NCBI GenBank assembly: GCA_030753015.1
Contig: JASMDC010000017.1
Location: forward strand, 1-64,000
Origin: Candidatus Undinarchaeales archaeon
GTDB lineage: Archaea > SpSt-1190 > JASMDC01
Direction of reading: 5' to 3'
Length of the DNA: 64,000 nucleotides
A program made the translations under genes and the position numbers. Below, one piece after another: positions 36,892 through 47,500 of this stretch (positions are counted from its first letter, which is position 1; the number at the start of each line of letters is the position of its first letter). Below the pieces are notes generated by a model that was not told the DNA's origin, ran no database searches, and saw nothing but the letters and a program-made list of their open reading frames with translations.

Positions 36892-36989
36892 GTTCTCTCC
36901 CTGACTTTATTTGTTCGTACCTCTACCTATGCGTTGTGTATTGCCTTTGGTAACCTTTAAAAAACTACAATGGGGAATAACTACTGCAA

Positions 36990-37298
36990 GTGGCCGATAT
37001 ATGTAAGGTCTGTGGACTGCCTGAGGACCTTTGTGTCTGCGAGGCGATCGCGAAGGAGACCCAGAAGATCACCGTGAGAACGGTGACCCGGCGTTATGGG
37101 AAGAAGATTACGATAATAGAGGGCATTGAAGGCAAGCACATCGATACCAAGCAGCTTGCCAAGAAGCTGAAATCCTACCTTGCGTGTGGAGGCACTCTGA
37201 AGAAAGATTCTATCGAGCTCCAGGGTGCCCAGGCGCGCAAGGCCAAGGTGGCCCTCATCAAGTTCGGCTTCCCACCTGAGTCGGTAGTACTGACCTAG
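36990..37298 (+). CDS. sui1: Translation initiation factor aIF1 (SUI1/YciH)
   Basis: CKVCGLPEDLCVCE, RRYGKKIT, LKSYLACGGT, IELQG. Confidence 0.95.
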   Translation: MADICKVCGLPEDLCVCEAIAKETQKITVRTVTRRYGKKITIIEGIEGKHIDTKQLAKKLKSYLACGGTLKKDSIELQGAQARKAKVALIKFGFPPESVVLT

Positions 37299-37352
37299 AT
37301 GCCCTACGGGCATACTCGGCAGTAAGGTCCCCCTACGCCCTAGGAACGGCTA

Positions 37353-38426
37353 TCACTTGAACAATTGAAAGAGCGACGCCGCCACTTCGAACGGATCAGT
37401 AGTGATTATGCTCGACCCGTACAGCTCCATCGCAGCTATATCCGAACTGGGATGGGCGGGATCTCCCCGGTCCACCAACCGGACCACGACTGGGAATCCT
37501 TCCCAGCGCGGATCATCGGGCGGTGGGATGGCGATGGCGAGGTTGAAGGCCCTGGTGCCGAGCTTGTGGAGATGATGGTCGAGCACGCGGAACACCGCTT
37601 CCTTCAGGGCGTCGGTTACCGTCGGGGAAAATAGAATGACCTCCCGCTCCTTGATGGGTGTGAGGTTCACGAGCACCCGCACGTCCCGCCACTCACGGCC
37701 GAGGCCCAGAGCATGCTGGAGATCGGACAGGTCGTCGAAGTAGTCGGCACCGTGCGCCTCCAGATAGCGGGCAGCAGCGGCTCGTAGGTGTTCAACGTGG
37801 GCGTAGTGGAGCCCTTTGGAGCACACGACCTGGGCATGACCGTGGATGATGGACGCCCCGCCCTTCCAGAGGCAGTTCCAGATTATTAGCACGTTCTTGG
37901 CATCTGGATCGAGCTGCCTGCACCGGTCGGCCCAGGCGAGAGCGCAGTCGATGTAGTCGGCCACCCGCTCAGAAGAGATGTGCAGGGGGTCGTGCTCATC
38001 GAACACGATCAGACCATGTAAACCGTCGTACTTGGCGATGTTCGATGCTGTGACACAATGCTTACCCTTCACGCGCCCGAACGGATCCTCAGGCGTGAGG
38101 TCGAGGGGCGTGCAGAATGGGCCTCCGCTGCTTCTCTTCACCTCATCTGACACGTCCCCGAGCGGCTTGGCGTCAAGTGGGCGATGGGCACGCAGGGGAT
38201 TGAACAACGAGCCCTCACCCACTACGGTGTTCATCACGTGGACTATTTGTTGTGACGTTACGGCTTCGATGCTCCCGAACCGGTTTGCCACCCATCCCTC
38301 CATCGGGGGAGGTACGCTCAGAGCCCCCGTGGATGATCGCACATCAAAGATACGCTCCCACCGCGCACGGTCGCCGGGGGACAACCGTTCGACGAGTCCT
38401 GGAAGGTCGAGGATGGTGGCAGCCAT
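37353..38426 (-). CDS. GalT-like HIT-superfamily nucleotidyltransferase
   Basis: FNPLRAHRP, PFC, SNIAKY, WNCLWKGGASIIHGHAQ (HxHxQ). Confidence 0.85.
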   Translation of the reverse strand: MAATILDLPGLVERLSPGDRARWERIFDVRSSTGALSVPPPMEGWVANRFGSIEAVTSQQIVHVMNTVVGEGSLFNPLRAHRPLDAKPLGDVSDEVKRSSGGPFCTPLDLTPEDPFGRVKGKHCVTASNIAKYDGLHGLIVFDEHDPLHISSERVADYIDCALAWADRCRQLDPDAKNVLIIWNCLWKGGASIIHGHAQVVCSKGLHYAHVEHLRAAAARYLEAHGADYFDDLSDLQHALGLGREWRDVRVLVNLTPIKEREVILFSPTVTDALKEAVFRVLDHHLHKLGTRAFNLAIAIPPPDDPRWEGFPVVVRLVDRGDPAHPSSDIAAMELYGSSIITTDPFEVAASLFQLFK

Positions 38427-38515
38427 TCCCTCGATGAGGCCGACGTGACTTTTATGTGTTGGCGCCCCGGTCGCCGGTGAAACCCTTTAATTTCTTGGCA
38501 TTGATGAGCAGGCCT

Positions 38516-38776
38516 ATGGATGAAATCCCGATCGCCGCCATCGGCGAGAAGGCCAAGGACACCCTCAGGCAGGAGACAAGGCGCTTCTTGGAGATCGACC
38601 GAGAGATCAACCAGGCGTTCATGTTCGGCTTCATGGCCGGGGGCCTCCTGGGGATTGCCGTTGGCTACGCCCTGCACGAGCTTGAGATCCCGCAGGAAGT
38701 CGAGACCGCCAGTCAGTTCTCGTACGAGGACGTGGCGGAGGACATCAAGTCCCGGCTCCGCACGGCTCTGCAGTAG
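38516..38776 (+). CDS. Small single-TM hypothetical protein
   Basis: AFMFGFMAGGLLGIAVGYAL; TTTAAT upstream; the start could be 38504. Confidence 0.65.
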   Translation: MDEIPIAAIGEKAKDTLRQETRRFLEIDREINQAFMFGFMAGGLLGIAVGYALHELEIPQEVETASQFSYEDVAEDIKSRLRTALQ

Positions 38777-38908
38777 TGCCGAAGTCGGATGGGCATTCCC
38801 CTCGCTCGGCCGAAGCACCGCAGACCTTACTGTCATGCACTCCTATTTAGGATTGCCCTCTAGCGCCAAGGCTGCAAAATCGAGAATTGTTCGTGACGGA
38901 CCTTTCGC

Positions 38909-39529
38909 TCACCAGCCGCCTTCGCTGTCGCTCCATCCCTCGCTGGATTCGTTACTCCAGCTCTGCTGCTGTTCGGCCGGTTGCTCCTGCGGAGCGCTCT
39001 CCTGCGGAGGCGGTGCGGGGGGCTGCCCCGTATCGGGGTAATCGGCTCTTGCGTCGTCTTGTTCCGCGCTTTCCTGGGCGGGCTGGCCCTTGTACTGGTC
39101 GAGCTTCTGTTCCTCGGCCTTTCGTTCCTCGGCCCGCTCCTGGATGGAGAGCACGACGAAGATGACCATCCCGACGAGGGAGCCAAAGAAGGTGCCGATG
39201 CAAACGTAGAACATCTTGCCTGTTGTACCATCCCACTGGTTGCTAGCTTGGATGCAGGTCCGCTCGGTCAGCTGCGGAGTGGTATCGCCGTTGAGATCGG
39301 TACATGAACCCTCCCACAGCTGCGCCATGGTGTCGGTGAGGGTCCAGCAATCGGGATCGTTCTCCTTCGTGCACTCCTCCGGGCACTTCTTGTCGCTCTC
39401 TTTCTGGCACACAGCAGGGGCACCGCCGCCTTCACCACTTCCGCCCCACTCTTCCCACTCTTCCTCAGCTGCAACTCCTATCAGGAGAAGCGTTATTAGG
39501 ACGAACGTAAGAGTATATCGGCGGTCCAT
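38909..39529 (-). CDS. Type I membrane protein with DxxCPxxCxxxxDxDC motif and acidic Q/E/W tail
   Basis: Signal peptide, CQKESDKKCPEECTKENDPDC, TM helix, low-complexity tail. Confidence 0.7.
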   Translation of the reverse strand: MDRRYTLTFVLITLLLIGVAAEEEWEEWGGSGEGGGAPAVCQKESDKKCPEECTKENDPDCWTLTDTMAQLWEGSCTDLNGDTTPQLTERTCIQASNQWDGTTGKMFYVCIGTFFGSLVGMVIFVVLSIQERAEERKAEEQKLDQYKGQPAQESAEQDDARADYPDTGQPPAPPPQESAPQEQPAEQQQSWSNESSEGWSDSEGGW

Positions 39530-39576
39530 ATGTAGAAGGAAGGACGTCATCAATTATATATGAGCGTGTTCCGGGG

Positions 39577-40731
39577 CTATGGTATACCCTTTACGGGCAG
39601 GGAGGTACATCGCTTCTCCAACGTGCTCCAATCGGTCGCTAGAGGGGCGATCGTGGGTGCCGGTCGTGAGGAAATAACGCTCCGGATCTCGGTTGCTCGG
39701 TCAGCGCTCACCGGATGGGTCGAGGCCACCTCCATGAAGTCCTCTAGTAGGGTGTCGTCCGCTGCCAAGCGGTCGAAGAATCGGGGGAGACCGTCAGGAT
39801 CGAGCCTAGCGGCATAGAGGACCTCCAGGCCCACAGCGTCCGCATCCCGCTCCTGTTCCCTGCTGAACGCAAGGGCGGAGAGCTGGCCCGCGAGGGGTAC
39901 CAAGTCCACGATGTCCGAGTCGGTCCCGCTCATGATGATCGCCACCATGATCCTGATACCAGCGTTAGCGACCACGTTCCGCAGACCATGGCGTTCGGTC
40001 ACGTGGGCCATCTCGTGGCCGAGCACTCCTGCGACCTCGTGAGGGTCGTCGGTGACGTTAAGAAGGCCGTAGGTCACGAACATCCGTCCTCCTGGGAGGG
40101 CGAACGCGTTCACCATATTGGTATCGATGATGGTGAAGTTGAAGGTATATCGCTGGTCGCCCGATGCTGCCACGAGCCGATCGGTGACCTCCGCGAGGGC
40201 GGTATAAAGCTCTGTGTTCGTGCACTCGCCATAATTTCGAGTGATATCCCCGGCGGCAGCGGCCCCGAGCGATACCTCCCAGTCGACCGGGATCCTGTCA
40301 ACCGCCATATCGAGGAGAATGGGGACACCGGCATAGATTCCTGCGAGGAAAACAACGATGAATAGAACGAACAGGGCCAACGCCACCTTCTGCCCTGAAG
40401 AGTGCGCTTCCTTCGCCGATGCCAGCTTGTCGATCCGCTCGATAACAGATGGATGTGCGCCCGAGCTCCTGATGATGTCGGGGAGCGAGTCCTCGTTGAT
40501 GTAGATAAGGAGGTCCTTACTCAAAGCATGGCCCTTGAACACCCAGAACTCGTCATCGGGCCCAAGCTCCATGGTGACGGATCCGTACGTGAGCCGGAGG
40601 GGGCCCTGGTCCTTCATGGTAATCTCGATGGCCGAGGGGAGGAACCGCACTCTCACTGGTGTCGACTCGCCCTTCTCCCCCAGGCCGAACAAGGTGGCCG
40701 GGAGCTCGCTTCGGGGCTCGGCCATTACCAT
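39577..40731 (-). CDS. M48 family zinc metallopeptidase
   Basis: NAFALPGG, LGHEMAHV, FSREQERDAD, STHP. Confidence 0.93.
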   Translation of the reverse strand: MVMAEPRSELPATLFGLGEKGESTPVRVRFLPSAIEITMKDQGPLRLTYGSVTMELGPDDEFWVFKGHALSKDLLIYINEDSLPDIIRSSGAHPSVIERIDKLASAKEAHSSGQKVALALFVLFIVVFLAGIYAGVPILLDMAVDRIPVDWEVSLGAAAAGDITRNYGECTNTELYTALAEVTDRLVAASGDQRYTFNFTIIDTNMVNAFALPGGRMFVTYGLLNVTDDPHEVAGVLGHEMAHVTERHGLRNVVANAGIRIMVAIIMSGTDSDIVDLVPLAGQLSALAFSREQERDADAVGLEVLYAARLDPDGLPRFFDRLAADDTLLEDFMEVASTHPVSADRATEIRSVISSRPAPTIAPLATDWSTLEKRCTSLPVKGIP

Positions 40732-40767
40732 ACCGATGGGGTGCGGAACGTTAAGTATGTTGCGCCG

Positions 40768-42231
40768 CTATGAGCTTTCCAGCAACCCGGTCCGCCGGTT
40801 GAAGTCCTCGATGAGCTCGTCGTACCGCTCGGCCATGTGCCAGCGGTCCGGCCAGTAATTTGGATCGTTCCACTGGGCATTGAGCTCGGCAAGGTCCTTT
40901 CCCTGCTGCTCGATCCACGTGAAGTACTTGAGGTTGTGGATACGCTTGCGGTCGTAGTGTCCGAGCTCCTTCATGAAGTCCGTCTTGAGGCCGTGGATAT
41001 CCCTGTGGAATGCCAAGATGGCGTCGTCGCGCGTGAATGGCCCGTTCTGGACATTCTGCTCCTCGAGACGTGAGCCGTACATCCCCATGGAGTCGGTGAA
41101 GATAGTGAAGAGGACATCGCTCTCGCCCAGCTCGAAGTACTTGGCAGCTTTGATGCACGTCATCATGTTGCTGATCGAGGATATGCCCAGTAGAGGGAGT
41201 TTGTCGATGAGCTCTTGGGAGACGCCCTGGTCCACAAGGTATTTCTTGCCGGCCTCCTCGTTGAAAAGACGCATGGCGTTCATTACCGGAACGTCGTCCA
41301 TAGCGACGATCATATCCGTGTTCTTCACATTGTGCACCCATGGGACGTGCTTGTCGCCGATACCCTCGATTCGGTGAGCGCCGAAGCCGTTCATGAGCAG
41401 TGTTGGGCACTGGAGGGCCTCGCTGGCTATGACCTTGGACGTGGGGTATCGCTCTTTGAGGTACTCGCCGGCACCGATTGTACCCGCGGACCCGGTCGCA
41501 ACGCAGTAGCCGAAGTACCTGTCCCCGGTGCGCATTTCCTTTTTCAACACGTCCTCGATCGCGTGACCTGTGACCTCATAGTGCCAGAGGGGATTGCCGG
41601 GCTCATCGAACTGGTTGAAGATGGTCAGGGCATCCCCGCTACGCCTGAGCTCCCAGCATTTATCATAGATCTCCTTGACGTTGGACTCGCACCCGGGCGT
41701 GGCGATGACCTCGCTTCCGATGGACTTGAGCCACTCGAACCGCTCCTTGCTCATCTCCTCAGGGAGGATGGCTACTGAGTGGCAGCCCATGAGGGAGGAC
41801 ACATAGGCACCACCCCGGCAGTAGTTCCCCGTGGAAGGCCACACGGCCTTCTCGTTGATCGGATCGAACTCCCCCGTGACCAAGCGGGGCGCCAGGCATC
41901 CATAGGCCGCTCCGACCTTGTGGGCGCCAGTGGGGAACCACTTGCCGACCAAGGCAATGATCCTGGTGTCGACACCAGTGAGCTCAGGGGGCATCTCCAA
42001 ATAATTGACGCCATTGAACCCACCGTTCGACATATCGTTCTTCCAGGAGATGCGGAAAAGATTAGATGAGTCCACGTCCCAAAGCCCGATGTCCTTCAGC
42101 TTCTGTGAGATCTTGTCTGGTACGAGGTCGGGATTCTTCATCTGCTTGAATGTGGGAAGGATTATGTTGCGCTCCCGGAATCTCTCGATGGTCTTTTGAA
42201 CCCGCTTCTCGTTGATGGTGATGTCCAGCAT
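40768..42231 (-). CDS. PLP-dependent enzyme, fold type II (cysteine synthase/TrpB superfamily)
   Basis: FPTGAHKVG (PLP lysine), STGNYCRGG, TGSAGT, HRIEGIG. Confidence 0.92.
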   Translation of the reverse strand: MLDITINEKRVQKTIERFRERNIILPTFKQMKNPDLVPDKISQKLKDIGLWDVDSSNLFRISWKNDMSNGGFNGVNYLEMPPELTGVDTRIIALVGKWFPTGAHKVGAAYGCLAPRLVTGEFDPINEKAVWPSTGNYCRGGAYVSSLMGCHSVAILPEEMSKERFEWLKSIGSEVIATPGCESNVKEIYDKCWELRRSGDALTIFNQFDEPGNPLWHYEVTGHAIEDVLKKEMRTGDRYFGYCVATGSAGTIGAGEYLKERYPTSKVIASEALQCPTLLMNGFGAHRIEGIGDKHVPWVHNVKNTDMIVAMDDVPVMNAMRLFNEEAGKKYLVDQGVSQELIDKLPLLGISSISNMMTCIKAAKYFELGESDVLFTIFTDSMGMYGSRLEEQNVQNGPFTRDDAILAFHRDIHGLKTDFMKELGHYDRKRIHNLKYFTWIEQQGKDLAELNAQWNDPNYWPDRWHMAERYDELIEDFNRRTGLLESS

Positions 42232-42704
42232 GGGTGGTGTCCCCTACCCGCCAGAGCGGGTCGCAGGGGACAACAGTGTTAACTATAAATGGGTTTTGCA
42301 CGAGCAGGTCCGACGTGATCTCACTAGCCCTGTACCGGTCCTATTGCCGCCAGTCGATTCGGCGATCCATGCATATCGGGCCCCACGTGCGATCATATGG
42401 GGATGGATGATGATAATGCTGAGGATGTGAGGGGGGCGGTCCTAGATGAAGGCGGAATCATACGCAGAGCCACTCGTTTACTGTACTGTAGGATAAAATC
42501 AAATAATTCATTATGATTTGCATAATTATCACGTAATTTTACTAATAACGGACAATTTGTAGCTATAATCACGCATGGGGCGTTTTTATCCCGAATACAA
42601 GACTGGCTTCCGGTGTCACGATTAGCGTAAAAAACGGGATAAGGGATGCCAATAAAGCAAATCAATTTAAAGGAAAACGCTATCGGGGAAGGCAGTGTGA
42701 TATC

Positions 42705-42977
42705 ATGGCTGGAAATGTCAAGTACTTTGTTCTACAGCAGAACGGTAAGGACAGCAACCACGTCTTCTCCGGTAAGCAGCCCCGCGCCGCTGCCCTGAAG
42801 GCTGCCGCTCGCGGCTTCAAGAAGATCGAACTCCGAGAGCGCGGTGCCAAGCGCATCCATATCTTCGAGGGCAATGTGAAGGTCGTTGACGCGCCTCCGA
42901 ATGCCCCCTCCTGGATGCCGGCGAAGGTCAAGAAGGCCAACGTCAAGAAGCTCGGCATCAAGCGCCTCGACAAGTAA
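42705..42977 (+). CDS. mc1: Non-histone chromosomal protein MC1
   Basis: VFSGKQPRAAALKAA, IELRERG, IHIFEG, PSWMP, KANVKK; TTTAAA upstream. Confidence 0.93.
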   Translation: MAGNVKYFVLQQNGKDSNHVFSGKQPRAAALKAAARGFKKIELRERGAKRIHIFEGNVKVVDAPPNAPSWMPAKVKKANVKKLGIKRLDK

Positions 42978-43081
42978 GTCCGAGACGCAAGGTTGCATTG
43001 GGGGTCGGGTCCATCCGGCCCCCTTCCTTGTTTTTTTTCTTATCCCCGCCCGGTCCTACTTGCAGTTATGAGAAAGTATTC

Positions 43082-43963
43082 TCAATGGCGTTTCCGCCAC
43101 TTCTGTTCTCTGGAATAGTACCAGATGCCCACGGCGATAGCACCAACGAAGAACCCCGCCTCGAGGATGTCCACGATGTTATACAGAGGCTCTAGAATGG
43201 AAGCGGGCTCTTCCCATTCGTCATTCTCCTCAGGCACGCAATAATACCTTTCCTTGTCGCATCGTTTGCCGCTTGAGCAGTGAACGTTGGATAGACAGCA
43301 TATGTTGCCCGCGAGGCAGCAGACGAAAACGCAGTTGCCCGAGGCGCACCTGCTATCATCAGCACACCGCTCTCCGGCATCGAGTAGGCGTAGGTGTGGT
43401 GGTTCCGTTGCGGTAGCTACTGTCGGTACGGGGGACGGTGTACTTCCTGCGACCTCGCTCGGTACCGGGCTGACCGCGACCGAGGGTGCAGGGGTCGGCG
43501 TAGGCTCCCGTTGATACTGGACGAGGACAAAGGAGTTCCCGAAGATTGTGATATCCTCGCAATAGCCGAGCCGCTGGGTGACACGGAGGGTGATGGTGTT
43601 CTCGCCCTTACCCAGATTATAATCGTGCGTACCGAGATCCCAGCGCATGTTGAAGTTAGAGCGTACGGTCCACCAGTCGGAATAGGTGCGCTCTCCAGGG
43701 ACGGGGACGCCGTTGACGATGACGTGGAGTCGCGGTGCATAGGTGCTCGACGCATGGATGTTGAGGGTGGTCGACTCGGGTCTCTCGGGCACTGTGAAGG
43801 GGATGGAGATTTCCGTGACGAGCTCGCGGTCCTCGGAGGTGCATTTGAAGGTCTTTGTGGGGGATCCCAGGTCATCGAACGTCATCTCGTCTTGGAACCA
43901 CTCCCCCGCAGCGTGGGTCATCATTACGAGGATGACGATGATCCAGACCGCGTTCCGGTGCAT
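43082..43963 (-). CDS. Secreted/surface protein with beta-sandwich, PT linker, Cys-rich module and C-terminal anchor
   Basis: Signal peptide; LGKGENTITL; CADDSRCASGNC...; C-terminal TM plus basic tail. Confidence 0.75.
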   Translation of the reverse strand: MHRNAVWIIVILVMMTHAAGEWFQDEMTFDDLGSPTKTFKCTSEDRELVTEISIPFTVPERPESTTLNIHASSTYAPRLHVIVNGVPVPGERTYSDWWTVRSNFNMRWDLGTHDYNLGKGENTITLRVTQRLGYCEDITIFGNSFVLVQYQREPTPTPAPSVAVSPVPSEVAGSTPSPVPTVATATEPPHLRLLDAGERCADDSRCASGNCVFVCCLAGNICCLSNVHCSSGKRCDKERYYCVPEENDEWEEPASILEPLYNIVDILEAGFFVGAIAVGIWYYSREQKWRKRH

Positions 43964-44016
43964 GGCATTGACGTGTACGTTCTTCTTAATAAGACTGAGT
44001 CCCAGGGCATTCGCCC

Positions 44017-44529
44017 CTATCGTTCTTCTTCCTCATCCTCGTCAAGAAGGTAGTCGGGCGTTGGTGACCAGGTCCCAACGAGCACGGCCGCCATGAACAC
44101 CAGTACAAGGAGCACACCGAGCCCTGTGGACCCGAACGCGAGCCCCACTGCTGCGAAAGCCAGGAAGGCACCGAGGAGCATCACGCCCCGTCGGAGCCCG
44201 CTCACCTCGTCCTCGCCCCCGAAAAGGTAGCTGAAGAGGTACGTGGCTGAAAGACCGACCACTAGGAACACGGGGAACATGAGATTCTGGGCCTGGATCA
44301 TTGTCGCAGCAAGTGCGGAGCTCGCCCTGCTCGCGCCCATGAAGAGCGTAAGGGCCCAGAAACCTAGCAAAGTGGCAACGAATGTACGTTCACGGAACCC
44401 CCACCGGCCATCACCCTCTCGGTCGAGAGCGGCATGGAATACATAGGTGGCCGCCAGGGCGACGACGGGGCCGGCAACCAGAAGGGAGACGAGGAGCTGT
44501 AGCTCCATGCCAGCAGTGGCCATGATCAC
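44017..44529 (-). CDS. Multi-pass membrane hypothetical protein
   Basis: About five hydrophobic helices; GTGA overlap with the upstream gene. Confidence 0.7.
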   Translation of the reverse strand: MIMATAGMELQLLVSLLVAGPVVALAATYVFHAALDREGDGRWGFRERTFVATLLGFWALTLFMGASRASSALAATMIQAQNLMFPVFLVVGLSATYLFSYLFGGEDEVSGLRRGVMLLGAFLAFAAVGLAFGSTGLGVLLVLVFMAAVLVGTWSPTPDYLLDEDEEEER

Positions 44530-47500
44530 CGTCCTTCGCTGCTCGTCTCGTGCCCCAGGGTCTCAAGCTCGCGTTGGAGGAGCGTGAGCTCGCGCTCGCC
44601 AAGAGCGAACCTGCTCACCGTTACGATGAGTGAGGTATCACCCATGGACACACGGTCCCTGAGGGATTGGATGGCTCGGAACACGGAGTCGAAACCGTTG
44701 TGGCCCACCAGGTACTCCATCCCGTCCAGGAGCACGACCGACGATGGCGAGTCCTCGACGAAACGCTTGATAGCCTGGACCGTGTCGATATGCGATGGGC
44801 TTAGGGTCACGTTATCGATGGATTGTTCGTCAGTGAGCCAACGCACTGCGACATCCTCGGTCAGTCCGTAGCGACGGCGAAGGATTTCAGGATTGGTACG
44901 AGTGATACAGAGGGTGGGCTTTCCGAGAGTGTGGGCGTATGCAAGGAGGCGAAAGCTCGTTCCGGGTTTGCTCTCGATCACTAGGTAGGAGCATCCAGAG
45001 CGAACGGCATAATCCTCTTCGGCAACGAGAACGGGCTCGGGCACCTCCAAGGGTTGGGGTGTGTCGACAGGGGCCTGTGTGGGGCCCGTAGTGGTGGGGA
45101 TGGGAGCTACCACCGCATTGGCCAGTGGCCTGGTGATGTCCAGAGATCCGAGCGCCTTCCTGCTACGTCCGATAGCTGCAAGTGCTGGGCCATCCAGTAC
45201 TGCACCAAGGGCCTGGCGGCGTGGTACTGGTGGGAGGGGCGAGAGGGCGACCTGAGCGAGCGCTCGGTAGACGTCGGTCCGGCCTGCTTCCAGAGAGGCG
45301 ATGAGCAGAGGCCGGGCCTCGGCGTCGAGCACCCTGCGTAGACAACGAACACGGGCGAGGGTCGTAGCGGCCCCAATGCCCACAGTTTCAAGGACACCCT
45401 CAAGAGCGTGAAGGTCCTCGGAGCCGGGTGCTCGGCGAGCCCAGGCAATCCCTTTGACACGGTCTTGGAGCGCCAAGGTCCGCCGTGCATCCGCTAGTAC
45501 CCGGTCGGTCCCCGCTGTCGCGAGGACAACCTTCATCCTCCGCACACAGTCCGGTGGGAACAGGAGGAGGTCGATCAAACGGATGAGCGCACCTTCCTGG
45601 GAAAGTTCTCTATTGGCATAGCGACCGATGGTATCGAGGGCTAAATGTACTGCAGGGATTGGATTATCGACCGATGCAAGCTCATTGGTAATGTCTATGA
45701 GGAGGTCGCGACGCTCGTCGGTGGGCGCCTCGCAGATAGCGGGGACTGACCTGAGGATGAGCCGGTATTCTTTGGTCTCGCATCCCTCTGCTGCCGGGCA
45801 GAACATGCACGGGGCAGGAGCGGACCGCCCCTCGAGCACCTCCAGGCTATGCTCCAGGTAGCCCATGAGCTTTGTGATGGACGAGCACTCCACCTCGGCA
45901 CTGATCTTATGTACGGTTGCTAGTACGTCCGCCAGCGAGACGGCGCTCGTCCTAGCAAGGAGCGCGATGCCCGCTGCTTCGGGCACTAGGTGTGCAGAGG
46001 ATGTCTCGCCTTCTACGAGGAGACGGGCTGCAAGGTCATCAGCGAAGCTGGTGGGAGGAAGAAGCTCACGCGCCACGGCACCGACGTCACCCGCGGGAGG
46101 CGGTGTGGAAAGACCGGCTGCAGTGAGCATGCTCCAAGGTCCTCCTGAACCGGGGTCCGGTGGAGGCCAGCCGGGGAGGGCAATGGGACTGATGCGAGGG
46201 CATTGGAGGTCGAACTCAGTAAGGACCTTTACTGTCGATTGGTGCCCGGCCGTGGCCTTGAGCAGGGATGCGAACGTGGGTCCTGCCAGTTCGGGAGGAG
46301 CGTCCCTTGGTGGGAGGAGCGTGGAAATCCGCTCGTTCAGGAGTCGCTCGGCCAGATGCTCCAGGATCGAACGTTCTCGCATCTTGGAGAGGGCCTTGGC
46401 ACGTCTGGCAGGATCGGATACGGCGTCGAACGTGCGGACGATGGCCGCCTCTGTCTGATCGGAGGTGAGCACCTTGGTGAGAGCGAGGAGAGCATCCATG
46501 TGGAGCCAAGGGTCCTGGATGCTCTCGGTCATCTCCAAGAGGGCATCGGTCCGATCGGCGAGTTCAGCGCCCACGATCTCAGGTCCCACGAGGTCTCCCA
46601 GTATCCCGAGTGATGTGGCCCTTTCCCAAGGATCTGAGATGTCAGTGCACGTCCGTACTAGCTCTCTGAGGAGTGGCGTCAGGTGGTCGCGAACCGCTCC
46701 GGCGACGTACTGGCTTGAAGCAGCTAGGTCACGGAGCACTTCCAGTCTACGGGGGAGGGCCTTGATGTCAGCAGCGGGTACAAGCGCCTCGAGAGCCGTG
46801 CCGGCGACCGCCTCGAGGAGGTCGGGGCGTGGCGTACAATGTGCACGTGCACCCTTGATCACGTGAGCGGTATGCTCGGGATCGGGCAGTTCTATCGCTG
46901 CAGCGAGCACCGTGCGGGCCGTATCCCTCGGGCATCCTGAGGAGAGCTTGAGGAGGCTGCGCACTGCCTCGGCACGGCTCCACGGGTCCTCCAGTTCGGC
47001 CAGCTCGTGGAGAACTCTTGGGACGAGGCCCTCCATGAGCCGGCAGAACGCGGCGTCCGATAGAGGGGCTCGGGCGAGATGGGCAAGGAGCGTTACTGCC
47101 TCGTCCGGTCTCGAATCCTTCACGAGATCAATTGCCGCTTCCATGGCAGTTTGGGGTGCACGGTCACCCAGACCTTCGACGAGGTGGAAGAGCGTGCGAC
47201 AACGTTCCTTTCGGGGCAGGGATGTGGCATCGATGACAATGCTGTCGGCGAATCCGACCATACTATCCGGACCGAGCGCCTGACCCAGTGCGGCTGCCCA
47301 TCGTGCTCGACTAGAGACGTCGGACTCGGCCATTTCTCGCATGAGCCAATCCCCCATCTCTGCTGCACTGGCAGATGGGAATGCTGCGAGGAAGGTGGCA
47401 GCGCGCCTGGGCGCGTCCTCAGCAACGATGGAAGAGAGGACTTCCTTGGCCTGGCGCGAGAGACGTGGGCGTGTCCTCTCATCGGCTGCTGTCATGAGGG

